From Macrostomum lignano (Eukaryota), in assembly GCA_002269645.1 (NCBI GenBank), contig NIVC01001462.1, positions 186,001 to 250,000 of the forward strand: a DNA stretch of 64,000 nucleotides. Reading direction: 5' to 3'. The notes below the pieces were generated by a model that had not been told where the DNA came from, ran no database searches, and saw only the letters and a program-made list of their open reading frames with translations. Below are positions 22,666 through 35,300 of this stretch, in pieces. Made by a program: the position numbers and the translations under genes. How positions within the stretch are numbered: position 1 is the first letter of the stretch; every line of letters starts with the position of its first letter.

Positions 22666-23271
22666 TCAAGCTGTCTTGAACTCGATGAGGTACCTTGGGG
22701 TGGCCTGTCTCGGGTCGTACACCAAAAATTCGTCGTTTCTCACGCTCCTACTCTCCCTGGAGTCTCTCGGGGCAAACACCGAATCAAAGCCTTCAGCTTT
22801 TAGCGTTTCAAAATTGAGATTATTTTGAGCGGCTCGATACACTTGCTGCCTTCCAAGAAGCACATCGCACAACAGCAACCACTTGACGCCGTTTTCTTTG
22901 CAGTACTGCGCGCTCTTAGTGCTGTCCGTGGCGAAGTAGATCCCTGCGCCGTACATTCCACCGTTGCCTATATTGAAGCCATCGGTAATGATTTTCTCAG
23001 CACTGATCTGCCTCGTTCTGTGGAACAGCTGCTCTGTTGGACAGTTGCGGTTGTGCAGCTGGCGTCGAAAATTTCGCGTCCGCTTGTCCAGCACAGGGTT
23101 TTGTATACGCTCGATGCTGCAAATCTCCTTGATGACAATTCCGTGCTCAGGTCTGGTGTAGCGAAGAACGCGATCTTCGATTCTCAAATACTCGGCCAAA
23201 GTTTCCGGCTGGCTTTTTGATAGCATGGTTCGAACAACTTCCGTCGAATTCAAAATGCTGCATCTGCTGAT
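22666..23271 (-). CDS. PARP-type ADP-ribosyltransferase terminal exon (copy 1), orphaned by viral insertion and inversion
   Basis: ttattacag acceptor. Motifs FHRT, GMYGAGIYFATDSTKSAQY and NDEFLVY..QATPRYLI. Confidence 0.85.
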   Translation of the reverse strand: MSRCSILNSTEVVRTMLSKSQPETLAEYLRIEDRVLRYTRPEHGIVIKEICSIERIQNPVLDKRTRNFRRQLHNRNCPTEQLFHRTRQISAEKIITDGFNIGNGGMYGAGIYFATDSTKSAQYCKENGVKWLLLCDVLLGRQQVYRAAQNNLNFETLKAEGFDSVFAPRDSRESRSVRNDEFLVYDPRQATPRYLIEFKTA

Positions 23272-23384
23272 CTGTAATAAATAACTAGTACTCTTTAAAT
23301 ATGATGTTTTGATGGTGACTCTGGCCAAATTTTGTCCTGCCTTGCTTTGAGATAAATCGGTCTAATGTAATTAGTATTATGGAC

Positions 23385-23987
23385 AGTAGAAGGCATGAGG
23401 GGGCTTTTGGGACAAAATTTTTCACATCCTCCATAATCCCATTAAATCCATCCATATTATCCCTGACAGAATCAGAAAAAAAGGGGGGTCGCACTTGCTC
23501 ACAAAACGTCCTCCATAATCTCATTAAATCCATCCATATTATCCCCGACAGAATCATGAAAAAGGGGAGGGGTCGCACTTGCTCTGAAAACTTCGAACAT
23601 AATCGTATTAAATCCATCCATATTATCCCTGACAGAATCAGTGCATAACAGATGTCCACTAACACCTGTTATGTTCACTGACACTGACATCCACCCATAG
23701 CATCTTCGAAACAATCAGAAAAAAATCTGCATTCTTCTCCCCACATTCAATTCGCAACGCGAAGCGGCGAAACCAAATCCCAAAGACTTTAAATCATCAG
23801 CGCAGGGTCCTTACCCTTTGAAAAAAAATTAATTTCTCAATAAAAATGTTTCCAGTTGTCTCTCCAGGTTCCTATTATACTCAGCCTCATCCATTGTACA
23901 AATCCAAGTACCAATGCAAACTAGAATGCAGCGAATACATGAGAAAATATTGGCCCGACGTTGATATCAATGTCCCTAATATTAATC
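23385..23987 (+). repeat. Right terminal repeat of the Polinton, now in direct orientation
   Basis: Appears identical to 7603-8205. Preceded by atggac, the reverse complement of the left flank gtccat. Confidence 0.9.
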
Positions 23988-24082
23988 AAGCACTTAAATC
24001 TCACTGGTTTGAAAAACACGGAGTAGTCATTAACAATTTTGACAGCTATTATAACTTTGCTGAAGTTATAAGGCAGTTGTAG
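23846..24082 (+). CDS. Small viral ORF (78 aa), paralog of 8064-8303
   Basis: First 47 codons are identical; the tail is homologous at protein level. Confidence 0.6.
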   Translation: MFPVVSPGSYYTQPHPLYKSKYQCKLECSEYMRKYWPDVDINVPNINQALKSHWFEKHGVVINNFDSYYNFAEVIRQL

Positions 24083-24292
24083 TAGCCAACTACACGGTTT
24101 TACCCTGTAGAGTGCAGACGCAAGATCTAAAAATACTGACAAAATCATGTGCAGCATATAGCGGCTCGTATTAGTTACATTTGTAAGCGATAGCTTACTG
24201 ATAGTAAAGCCATTTGAACATGGCGCGAATTCCTCACATGGTGGACTAGAAAATGTCGCCATGTGCAAGGGCGTATAAATAGCAGTTCCACT

Positions 24293-26090
24293 CAGCTGGC
24301 TAGAGGTGGAGCCGACCTCGCGTGGCTATGACTGACTGACGAGGGCAAAAAAGCCCGAAACCGGTCTCAGTCTGCCCCGCATGGTTCGATTCCCACTGAT
24401 AACATGATTTTCACGAACTACCGCTGGGCTACGGCCACCCCTTCCTTTCCTGTACTTAGATACCCATCCAATCGTTGATCCGAGTGGTGACAACGGCGGT
24501 GGGGGTGATCCACGGGCAGGGCACAAGTAAAAGAACCGGTCGAGCCAGCCTTGGCCAGGCGATCGACCAACTCGTTCCACCTTAGGCACATGTTAAAGGC
24601 GCCTAAGCGATTGAGCTGCGCGATGCAACTTTACAGGCGGTGGCGCGCTTAAGGGTGTTGATTGTCTGAGTGGATGGTGATCTCCTTCCCCCGGGCTCGC
24701 TAATTGTACAGCTCCATGGCGCAGGAGTTGATGGCGAGAACTTCATTTTAGAAAACGGTGGAGCAGGTGCCGGTGTGTTGGGAGAAAGTCTTCACGGTTC
24801 TCCCTTCAGACACGATGCAGTAGCCGTAGCCAGAGGCGGAGTTGATTTGAGACCCGTCAGTTAAGCAGTGGATTTCACGGGGTGTCCCTTGACTCGTGAC
24901 GTGGTGGAATGCTGGTTTTGAATTTTTTTATTAGGGCAAAGCGTGGACGGGATTCCATCCGAGAGGGTCAGCAGGCCTTCCGCTGCTTCCAGGTCTCGCA
25001 GGCTGAGGTCGCAGTGCGGCCGAAGGTCCCGCTTTCTGAAGGCGAAGTGCTTCTGGATGAGGACACCCGCGTCAAGTAGACGGCGGGTGGTCTTCATTGC
25101 CTCCCCTCTGACAAAGAGGTCAAGGGGGAGGTCCAGGAAGGAGTTCATGCTGGCAAAGTACGTAGAGGAAGTCGCGCTCTAGCTCGACAAGCGTGGCCTT
25201 GCACCCTATTAAGAGCTTAAAGAACCCTTTTCACCTCTAGGGCACTGTTCCAAATGAAGCAGGCGAAGGAGATGGACGGTCTCAAAATGGCAGTAAAATC
25301 CACCAGAGGCGGCCGGGGTGAGGCCCCAGGTAGCGCTGAAAGCTCTGTGGATTTGCCCAAGAGTCGCAAGAGCTTTTGAGGGCTTTGGTTTGGACGTGTG
25401 AGATCCAGCTCAACCTGTGATCGAGGGTGACGCCCAGACTTTAGGTTTTTTTTCCATGTTCTCCCTTCAGACAGGATGCAGTAGCCGTAGCCAGAGGCGG
25501 AAAAACAAACCTGATATCTGGGCGTCACCCTCGATCACAGGTTGAGCCTCCTCCAGTTTTTCCCGACCAAACCTCCAGTTTCGGCGGCTAGTAAACATAA
25601 TAGCCACGGTTTTTATTCGTGGCTATCCACAGACCGCAGCTGTCCACAGAGCGGGAGTTTGCGAGGAGGTGCGAGGTGGTAGTCCAATAGGAGACCATGT
25701 AAATGATCCAGGGGGTGAGGTGTCCCGGGATACTAAGGCCTGCCTAAAGGCTTCAAAAAGCACAATTTTGAAAGCACCATCAATGTCGAGGAAAAGCGAG
25801 AGAGCGTATTAACTGCCGAGCATGGCGTGCTCCAGTTTGTCGACAATGGCTTTCGATGGAGCGTCGGGAACGAAAGGCGTGTTGGTTGGGGAGGGCGTGG
25901 AGTTCCTCTGCTCCACGAGGAGACGCCAGAGCACCAGCCGTTCCATCAGTTTGAGAAAGAAAGACGTCAGACTAATGGGGCAGTGAGCTTTGGCAGAGTG
26001 ATAGTCTCCCTTCCCTGGTTTGGGTATGAATGAAGACGATAGTGGCCCCTTGTCAGGCCTCGGGCAAGTACCCGAGGGTAATGCTAGCCT
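24293..26090 (-). mobile_element. Decayed non-LTR retrotransposon (R1/LOA/I-group) with RT and RNase H remnants
   Basis: RT motifs IPKPGKGDY..AKAHCPISLTSFFLKLMERLV and LFLDIDGAF. RNase H motifs TDGS...GYG, TVF.NEVLAI, ITIHSDNQ and GNELVDRLAK. Many stops and frameshifts, plus an internal inverted duplication (25408-25440 vs 25517-25547). Confidence 0.82.
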
Positions 26091-26259
26091 TGAAGAGGTT
26101 GAAAATATGGCCGAAAAACCCGTTATCTTTAACTCAAAATTGCACAAAATCTAACCAAAAAACCACAATGAGTATTCCTCACATGAGATTTATTCTTGAC
26201 TTGTTCATGGTGGCCGGAAGCGACAAACAACGTGATTGAGTGGTTTCGAGTCGGCATGC

Positions 26260-26751
26260 GTGATGAACGAGTTGGAGTTGAATTTGCAACTGGATAAAGC
26301 GACACCAGAAAATACTAAAAAGAAGGCTGATTGGATCGTCAGCGTATTCAAGCATTGGCATGAGCAGAAGAAGACTTCTTGCTCAACGGGTGGTGGTCCA
26401 TAGTTAATGGTCCTGAAAGATCTCTCGGAGATGACAAAGCAAGATCTGAATTATCTTCTGAAGTTACTTTGTTATGGAAGAAGGAGGCCTCGGCAATCAT
26501 TGCCGCAAGAGACGAGAACCAAGTGACAAACATCAACGCTGGTGGAGATTCCATGACGCACATAGTCTGCCAGAGCCAGGCCTTTGCCGTCATTACTACC
26601 TTTGGAGCTACTACTGCTACCCTCTTTTAATGTTGTTGCCCACCAAGAACAACAGTCAACTGTCGCCGTCAACTCCGACAGGCCTAGTCCTAAGAAGATG
26701 CGAATCGAGATCTGTGGCGAATGGGATAAGGTCACGATTTCTTTCGATTAA
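26260..26751 (+). pseudogene. Third Crypton remnant, internally deleted, same family as 2080-2610
   Basis: KATPENTKKKADWIVSVFKHWHEQKK..STGGGP*LMVLKDLSEMTKQDLNYLLK aligns to the 2080-2610 copy. Tail PSPKKMRIEICGEWDKVTISFD*. Confidence 0.72.
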
Positions 26752-27185
26752 CAATTTTTGTTTTTAGAGAACTCAATGACAAAAGTACAGTTCTTCGTTC
26801 GTTATTCGTTTCTTACTCGTTATTTCGTTCTAACAGAAATTCTAAAGTACTCCAAATTCTAAATAAAATAAATTTACAATTTTTAAATTTTAAAATTCAA
26901 AACTAAAATTACTTATTGGCCCGGCCAAATAAATTTCTTTCGCATCAAATAAATGCTTTCCCTGGTCTATGACCGGGCCTAACTGGGTAATAAATGTCAC
27001 ATAGACACGTAGATAGCTATAGCTGGCAACTAAGGCGCTTGCAGCTAAAATCAAAGGCTACAAGCATGAGCCAACATGCAGCCATAGACACATAATACTC
27101 GTAGAAATGAACTTCATGGAATTCAAGTTTTTTTCTGCATGAATATAACATTGATACCCCGAAAAGGGACACTTGAGCTCAGAAA

Positions 27186-27335
27186 AGTTAATAGTACATT
27201 AATACTCATGCTTTAAGGGCGTTAATGGGAAAATCATTTGTCAAGGACACAAATGTCTATGCCTAAATGCCTAGCGGCGCCCTCTGATTTTCCCATTAAC
27301 GACCTTAAAGCATGGGCATTAATGTACTATTAACT
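27186..27335. mobile_element. Small foldback MITE with TTAA-containing ends
   Basis: agttaatagtacattaat..catgctttaagg..gttaatgggaaaatca pairs with tgattttcccattaacgaccttaaagcatg..attaatgtactattaact. Confidence 0.7.
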
Positions 27336-28296
27336 GCCCGTAATTTGCATTAAAGTAAGTGTGACTCCTGCAAGCGGGCTTAAATGTAGTCTATGGCATT
27401 AAAAGGCAAGAATAAGTGCCCAGCGGGCACAAAGGTCATGGTACAATGACAATTGATGCGTTTCCCGTCCCCCTTTTTAGTTGTCCCTACTTTTATATTG
27501 AAAAGCCCTTTGCTAAGAAGATTTCAAATCACAATAAGGTACTGGCGTATGCTCTGATGTCACAGATTCTGGTAGACACGCATTTTCTTTGTTTTCCTAG
27601 TTTTTAAAGACCTAACGATTTCAAATGAATTTATTCTCAATGATAATTTATCTAATCAATAAATTGTATAATACTTGTAAACTTCACTACGACTCGTGAA
27701 AAGCATCTGAGTGAGAAATGATAGGAGTAACTACTCGAGCTATGGTTAAGACTGGAAAACTACATAATGCAAGCAGATGTGATACGAAATGGAATACGAT
27801 ACGTAAATTTGGTGATTGCAAAACAATAAATATTTTTCAAGTCTTTATCAGCTCTCATCCAAAGTGATTGACAATAAACAGCAAAATGAGCAAGCAACTA
27901 AATATAGAAAATTTAGCCCCAAGCCATTTTCGCTTCACTGTACAGTCGCGGAGTGTGAAAGAAAGTATCGTACACAGTGAGTGTACTTGTACCTCGGCAG
28001 GCGGGCGGAGATGGGTTGCTTTCAAACTCTGCTATTTTATAATTTTGAAGTTGCTTATTTTCTTAAAGCGTGACATTCAGAGATTGTAGAAGCAAACTCT
28101 AATTACATGATAAAGGAGCTCGTATCAACGGTGTTTGCAGCGTCATTAGAACCTTAGCAAACCGAGAATGGGAAACTGTTACAGCAAACGGCGTTCGACG
28201 GTAAAACCAACTTTCGACTGTTTTCTTTTGTTGAAGTTCTCTTTTGTAATTTTGACTGTATCAAATTATCATCCTCCTGTGTCCTACTCCCTATAG

Positions 28297-28953
28297 TCGA
28301 GGTCACTATATGAGGTACAATGCGAGTCTGTAGCCAGCGAGCTGCATCTTGAGCACCTACGACACGCCAGACCAACGACACGAGTAAAGCGCGTCCCCAT
28401 CACAGCGGCAAACAAGAAGACCGTCGCTGAGTACCATCGCATTCGCGACAGGGTCGTACGATATGTGAAACCCGAGCACAACACAAACGTCAACATCCTG
28501 AGGATTGAGAGAATCTGCAACCCAGTATTAGACCAGCGTCTTTACCGTGCGTTTGACCAGTTGCATAAAAAGGACTGCTTTCCTGAGCTGCTCATTCACG
28601 GGACACGAAGCAAATTCGCTGAGAACATCATTAGCAACGGCTTCAATATTGGCAAACAAGGAATGTTTGGCGCAGGGATCTACTTTGCCACCGACAGCTC
28701 AAAGAGTATCCAATATGCTAGCGATAATAAAGTCAAGACGCTGCTTCTCTGCGAGGTGCTTCTAGGAAAGACGCTGATTTGCACATCTGCCCAAACAAAC
28801 CTCAACCTGCAGACTGTGCAGAATCAGGGTTATGACTCGGTGTTCGCCAGGAGAGGAACGAAATCAACTCAAGGAGTCCGCAATGATGAGTACATTGTCT
28901 ACCGGACTGAGCAAGCTACACCAAGATATTTAGTCAAGTTTACAACTTCGTGA
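28297..28953 (+). CDS. PARP-type ADP-ribosyltransferase terminal exon (copy 2); upstream exons not resolved
   Basis: ccctatag acceptor, open to the stop. Motifs IHGT, GMFGAGIYFATDSSKSIQY and NDEYIVYRTEQATPRYLVKF. Confidence 0.85.
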   Translation, partial: SRSLYEVQCESVASELHLEHLRHARPTTRVKRVPITAANKKTVAEYHRIRDRVVRYVKPEHNTNVNILRIERICNPVLDQRLYRAFDQLHKKDCFPELLIHGTRSKFAENIISNGFNIGKQGMFGAGIYFATDSSKSIQYASDNKVKTLLLCEVLLGKTLICTSAQTNLNLQTVQNQGYDSVFARRGTKSTQGVRNDEYIVYRTEQATPRYLVKFTTS

Positions 28954-29501
28954 ACTATTTGAAACTTTCTTTTGAGAGAGATATTATTTTTATCATTTTA
29001 ATCAATATGCCAAAAACCGTTTTACATTTGTTTTTAAACGTATTAGCATATTAGCTGTTTAAATTTTAATATGTTAAAATTCTAAAGTTATATTTTGTGT
29101 TTGCTAAATAAATAATATATCCTTGACATCAATTTATTATTTTGCTAAAAATAGTTTTCCTAACAACTCAGAATTTTCAAACGTCATTGTCGTTACTATA
29201 GTACTGGTAGTTACTATGTACAGATACCGCCCAGAAAAACGAATGTTATATTTAGAGATGATGCATTAACTGTACTCTAAACTGAATTCAAGCCCTCACC
29301 TACTCATGCACTAAAATAGAAGTTCAGTGGAAAAGCTAATGAGCACAATACTCAGTATAACGCAGAGCAGAGTACGCTCAGGATGCTGTGGACAGAAAAT
29401 ATGCGAAGCGATACATAAATGTAGCCTCTCTTGGAAGAACGAGGCATCTGTTTATTTTAACAACCTTTATATTTTGAGCCACGAAATTAACAATCTACGC
29501 A

Positions 29502-30238
29502 ATGGGAAGTACAGCTTCTAGGAAAAATAAGGCAAACCGCAATTCAGCAGCAACACGAAGACAGGTAAATTAAGTTTTAAAACCATACGTTTTCCTATAT
29601 GAGCTACGTTCTATATTTGCATGGAAACACTATTCTGATTTGATCCCTAAATGCAGGTCAGAGGTAGAGGCGAACTGAAGCGCACAGAAATTAAAGAGAA
29701 CGACGAGAACACTGCTCAAGAGTACTTTAAAGTGCTGGACAGAGTAGGAAGATACATCCGAGACGAGCACAATTTTAGAGTAGAAATACTGAGCATTGAG
29801 AAGGTTGAGAACCCGGTACTTGATAGGCGCTTGCGCGAAGTTTCCCAGCGAATGCACGGCAGAAGCCGTAGGCCGGAGCTGCTCATTCACGGTACAAGAA
29901 GCAGATTCGTGGAGCAAATGATCAGAGACGGTTTCAGCTATCAAAGAAAAGGCCTGTTTGGTCAGGGCTTCTACTTCTACACCGACAGCACCAAAGCTGC
30001 TCGAGGCTGCGGTAGAGACGCTACAAAGTGCCTCCTACTTTGCGATGTGCAGTTGGGCAACAGCATGGCGATGGAATCTGCTGACAGGAGCCTCAATTTG
30101 AGCAGAGTTGAGTCAGCCGGATTCGACTCGGTTTACGGCGTTCGGGGTACCAAGGAATCCGGGGGCGTCTTCAACGACGAGTATGTTGTGTTCCGGACCG
30201 AACAGATTGCACCAATGTACCTCGTCAGGTTTCGAGAG
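29502..30238 (+). CDS. Exons 1-2 of a gene: MGSTAS myristoylation-type N-terminus spliced to a PARP domain (copy 3)
   Basis: Exon 29502-29564 (21 codons, cag|gtaaat) is in frame with exon 29657-30238 (atgcag|gtc, ends gag|gtgagc). Motifs IHGT, GFYF and NDEYVV. Confidence 0.75.
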
Positions 30239-31233
30239 GTGAGCAAATGCACAGCGCATATTTTTGTCTGCTCAACTTATGCTAGGAGTTAATTCTTTGT
30301 TTTACTTATATTTACATTTTTGTTTTTTTCGAAAATTTACAAAACGCTTTTGAGGATTTGGATAATCTTGGATCGAAATGAGCCACTCGTCTGTCGATTT
30401 CTTTAACTGATTGATTGCCAATAGCAGATTGTACTTTACATTAGCCAATTAAACACTACGAGAGTAGAACCTATTGTCTGTAACTTTTCCAGGCTGACAA
30501 TATTTTTTTAGGAAATCAATGAATTCGAAATTACGCATCAAATTTTGTATAATCAACGACCGTATGGTCCATAGGCTATAGGCGACTGAACACCAAGCTG
30601 TATTCAGTTTGATGATCGAAGATTTATTTACAATTTGATGAAAGCAAACGGTTGAGTACATTATCGTGCTATTGCAAAACAAGAAAATCAAATTGCCTGT
30701 TTGGAAGTTGAGTTGAACTGTCAGTTTCACTCCTAATATCTGCTGTTTACCTATACCAAATTCAAGGGTTTATTGAATGTGCATGGTTTTGAAACGTTCC
30801 ATTGAAACTCACCACGATAGTTGGCGTTATAGATGTTCCCCAATGTAAAACTCATTAGAGATGGTCTCCCGAATTGATACTTCACCGTCTTTAACAACGC
30901 GTCGCACTCAATGTTCTGATGAAGACATTGCACAGAAGTCGGCGTGGGCATCGCGTCTTTCTCGAGTGTAGTGCTCTAACGCTCTCCCTGTCATTTATGG
31001 CTAGTTAGCGATTAGCGATTTTTCCTTAGTTGACGCGTAGTACAAATACCAGTCATCAGAAACATTCTTGCACTGCTTCGGAAAGAGATTATCAATGCTC
31101 AGTTCATCCGGACACTGTAGATACGCGCGCAGAGCTGACGAGTCCCGACGGCTTACGTGCGCTTGAGGCGTCCTCGAACGAGAAACGAAGCCTTAGCATT
31201 CTTGATAATAATGCCATGATTCAAGACAACAAA

Positions 31234-31753
<520 letters not shown>

Positions 31754-32319
31754 AGACAAAGAGAGGGGAGAGAGGGAAAGGGAGGGTAAGAGAGAGGGAG
31801 CAAAATTCCATGAAGGTACATTGGACACGATACAATATAGAATGCACATCTATTCAAGTTTGGTTTTATTCTAACCGGATTGCAGTATCTCAGTATTTTC
31901 TATCTCAACAATTCGCTGCAATTGTCTCAACTCAGCCAGTGTATAGGAAGGCCACTAGCAAAAGCGCATTACACCGTTGGCTCTCTATATAGTGTACGTT
32001 CTATCTGTTGGCGTCTCAATTATAAATAGCTTTGATGCACCCATGAAAGAGAGCCGTTGCTACAGCTAAGCATTTTTGGGCTTCTAAATATCCTTGAGAA
32101 TTTAAATTTTCTCGGTAGCTGCTTAAGGGCAGACAAACTGGGCAATCAGGCGAGCCGAAGATCGGCTGCCAAGCTTGCCAGGAGCAGAGCGAGCATGGCT
32201 GAGTCAGTGAACTCCACCAGCATTCAGTTAGACTACACTGTTCCTGAGAATTTTCAGAAAGGCATTGCTCATTCAGCAGTTTTTGTTAAATTCTGTCGAA
32301 CAGCCAAAGAGCATAGAAA

Positions 32320-35300
32320 AACTTATGCGATCTACAGAGCAGAAATTGATTATGAATTGCTCAGATTACCGACCGAACAGACTCTGCCATTGACGGAGAG
32401 GAGAGATGCTGGCTTGGTAAGAATTTCATTTACACTACTCGATCGTTAGCTCGTAATTGAGTGAGCTAGTCTGCAAAATGAATTATACAGAGAGTTAGTG
32501 TAATCTAGTGTAATAAATTATTCTTATTTATACAGTATTTGTCCATGAGACCTACTACTGAATCGATAATGACAAATTTCGCTGCTGAGATGAACAAAGG
32601 AGTCGTAGACAGTGGAGATTCCAGGATTAAAGGCCTAGCTATTTCTAAATATGCTAATAATATTAAAAAATGTTTCTGTTATCTGCTCAGCTGCCTCATC
32701 TCATTGGTATGTTAGAAGTTTTGCACTTAATTTTCAGAAACTGCAGCAGCTCTTAGAATCCGAGCAATGCAGTCTGGCAGACGCCAAAGCGGCGTTTGAG
32801 AAGCTGCGGTCAGCCAAGAACTGTCCAGGCAAAGTGCATCGCCAGTTCAAGAAGCTTCAGCAGGCTTCAGACGAGTACGTTGAGCAGCTGCAGCAAGCTC
32901 TGAACAGAAGGGAGATCTCTGAAGCAATGGACAAGTGGGCTCATTGCCACAGAGAATTTAGCCGGATGCAATCCTGGGTATCTGGTAAAGAGAAGAGCTT
33001 GAGGACGCTGCAAAGCTCACAAAAGACTTCGCTCAATGAAAGAAAAGACCAACTTACTGAACTTGAGGTAAGTTACAAAAATCTGTGCAATTGTTGTTGT
33101 TATTCACTTTAAGTAAGGAAAAATGTTAAATTTTGTTTAAAAAAGTAACCATACGTGCGTATGATCGTGCTGGTAGTAACAAAAAACAATACTGCGTGAA
33201 AATCACCGTAACTTTCTAACTATAGAAGCTGCTTGAGTCGATTAATGCTTTGGAATCGAAGTTCAACGGATTGCAGAAGCTCAAAGAGGAGTTTTCAGAT
33301 TTTCTCTATGACGACAACTTGACTTCCAGGTACAAGAGTCTGCAAGATACTGCACAGGTGATTTTAATATATAAAAAACAATTGAGCATTTTATATGTAG
33401 CTGTTCCATGTCTTTTTTGCAATTGCAATATCTATGCATATAATATATAATAACTACAGCAGGTCGTGGGAGACATGAGGCGCTCCGTATCTCTGCAAAA
33501 CGTATTCGACTCCCACGTCGCGGAGTTCCAGTCGTGGCTCGATCAGCAGGAACTTCGAATAGGAGCTGTACTCAATAAACCCGACAATGAAATATGCTTA
33601 AGGCCATTTGCTGATGATCCTGACATTGAAGAAGCAGAAGAGAAGCTGAAGGAACTGAAACATATCGAGAAATTTTTTAATCAAACGGAAACATATTGGC
33701 TCATGAACACGCATTCCAATGGAAGGGCTCTCATTGACAGCTGCAGGCAAAATGCCAATCTTCAGCGAGAGACGGAAAGTCGAATCTCAGCAATGGATTC
33801 GCTATGCAAACAAGTGAAGGTAAGAGGAATCATAATCTTCTTTAGCCTATGAGGCTATATGTAATTCTTGGAATACTACAATAAGAATATCCTGCAATAC
33901 TCCAACTATGTAGGACCGACTACAAGAAGAGATTTGGACCAGCAGTTGTGCTTCAGCGATGGCAATACTTGAATCAGTTCGGACTTGGATTGAAAGCAAA
34001 AGTTTTAAACTGGCTCAGCGAACTTCCTTCGAGAAAAAGGAGCTAGCCGTGGCAAGTTTATTATTTGTTTAAAGTGACTCCTAAAGCTCCTAAAGCATGG
34101 TTGTACCCTAAAACAAAACAGTGGTCAGTGCGGCGCTCTGATGTGCCGCGATTCCAAGGCTCGATTACAAGTGCAGTTACAATTATTTTGGCGCTCAATT
34201 TGAATTTCGGCTTGGCTCTGCTCGTGCAATTACGAGTCGTAACGCTCTTGAGGCCTAACCCCCCAAGCCACAGTAAAGTGTACATGCCTAAAGATGAATA
34301 AATTTAGGGTGGCTGTACACTCCTGTGTGAGTGTGTGCCTGTGCGTATGACTGCGTACGTATCCGCGCGCTTGTGTGCCTGTTTAGGGGAGTCAGCGGAA
34401 TGGGCAGAAATTATGCCTCTTGCCGGTAAAAATGCGTGACCAGCATCCTGTGGTTGTTGATATTAGAGAACATGAACGCATTCCGATTCTACTAGTTAAA
34501 ATTTAAAATAATGAAGGGTTAATCAAGACAAAGACTGATTTACGACACTTTTGATGACACAAAAACTCTAATAAGTGTCATTAGACTCCTCCTAAAAACT
34601 CTATTATTATTTTTAGAGGCAGGAGGCTGAGTGCACCCAGGCGAACTTTAAGCGACATTGTCAAAACAAAAATAGACTAGCTAGCTACTAGGATTTAAAA
34701 AATGCACCAAAAACGATGGATTCTGCATAATTTCAGGAAATAGAGTCAACAAGAGAAACTGTCCAAGTCAGAGTGGATGAAGTGCAGAATCTCCGTAAGA
34801 GCCAGCAGGATGCTGGGCTATTTTTCCATGAGGCTAAACTGGCGCAACTTGAGCAAGCGTGGGCTCGAACTGACAAGCTGTTAAACGATACATGCATCAA
34901 GGTTGAAGATGCTTTCAAGAACTGGTCGGCACTGCAGAATCAGAAAGTGCTGACTGACTGGTTAGATACATCAGATAGTCGGCTCAAAAGTTTGAGCAAA
35001 CACAGGGTTCGGCTCATGGATAGGACTCAGCAACTGAGAGAACTCAAGGTAGGTCACACAAGCCTTGAGTGAAAAAAACGTTCTTACAAACTTTTTACAT
35101 CCTTACAAGTTTCCCACACATATCGAAATGACCACTTTGGTGCTTCAGAGCTTAACGGAAGAAACTGATGCACGAAAAGGCGACTTCGAGCTTCTGCTGC
35201 AGTTAGGTGAGGAGTTTTCAGATTCAAATTTTGACAGAGAAGAAGCTAATTTGACAGAAATCGCGCGAAGCAGCTGGAACAGATTCGAGGAGTTAAGGAA

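Larger units (their letters stand above)
7603..24290. mobile_element. Polinton/Maverick (adintovirus-like) endogenous dsDNA virus, defective, right end inverted
   Basis: AGTAG-starting terminal repeats and a 6-bp target site (GTCCAT, with its reverse complement ATGGAC at the other end). Encodes integrase, pPolB, cysteine protease, packaging ATPase, major and minor capsid, and PLA2. Confidence 0.95.

Noticed and set aside
7603-23987. Direct 603-bp repeats read as LTRs of a retroelement
   Set aside because: They start with AGTAG rather than TG, there is no gag or RT between them, the gene content is Polinton, and the flanking hexamers are reverse complements, indicating an inverted TIR.
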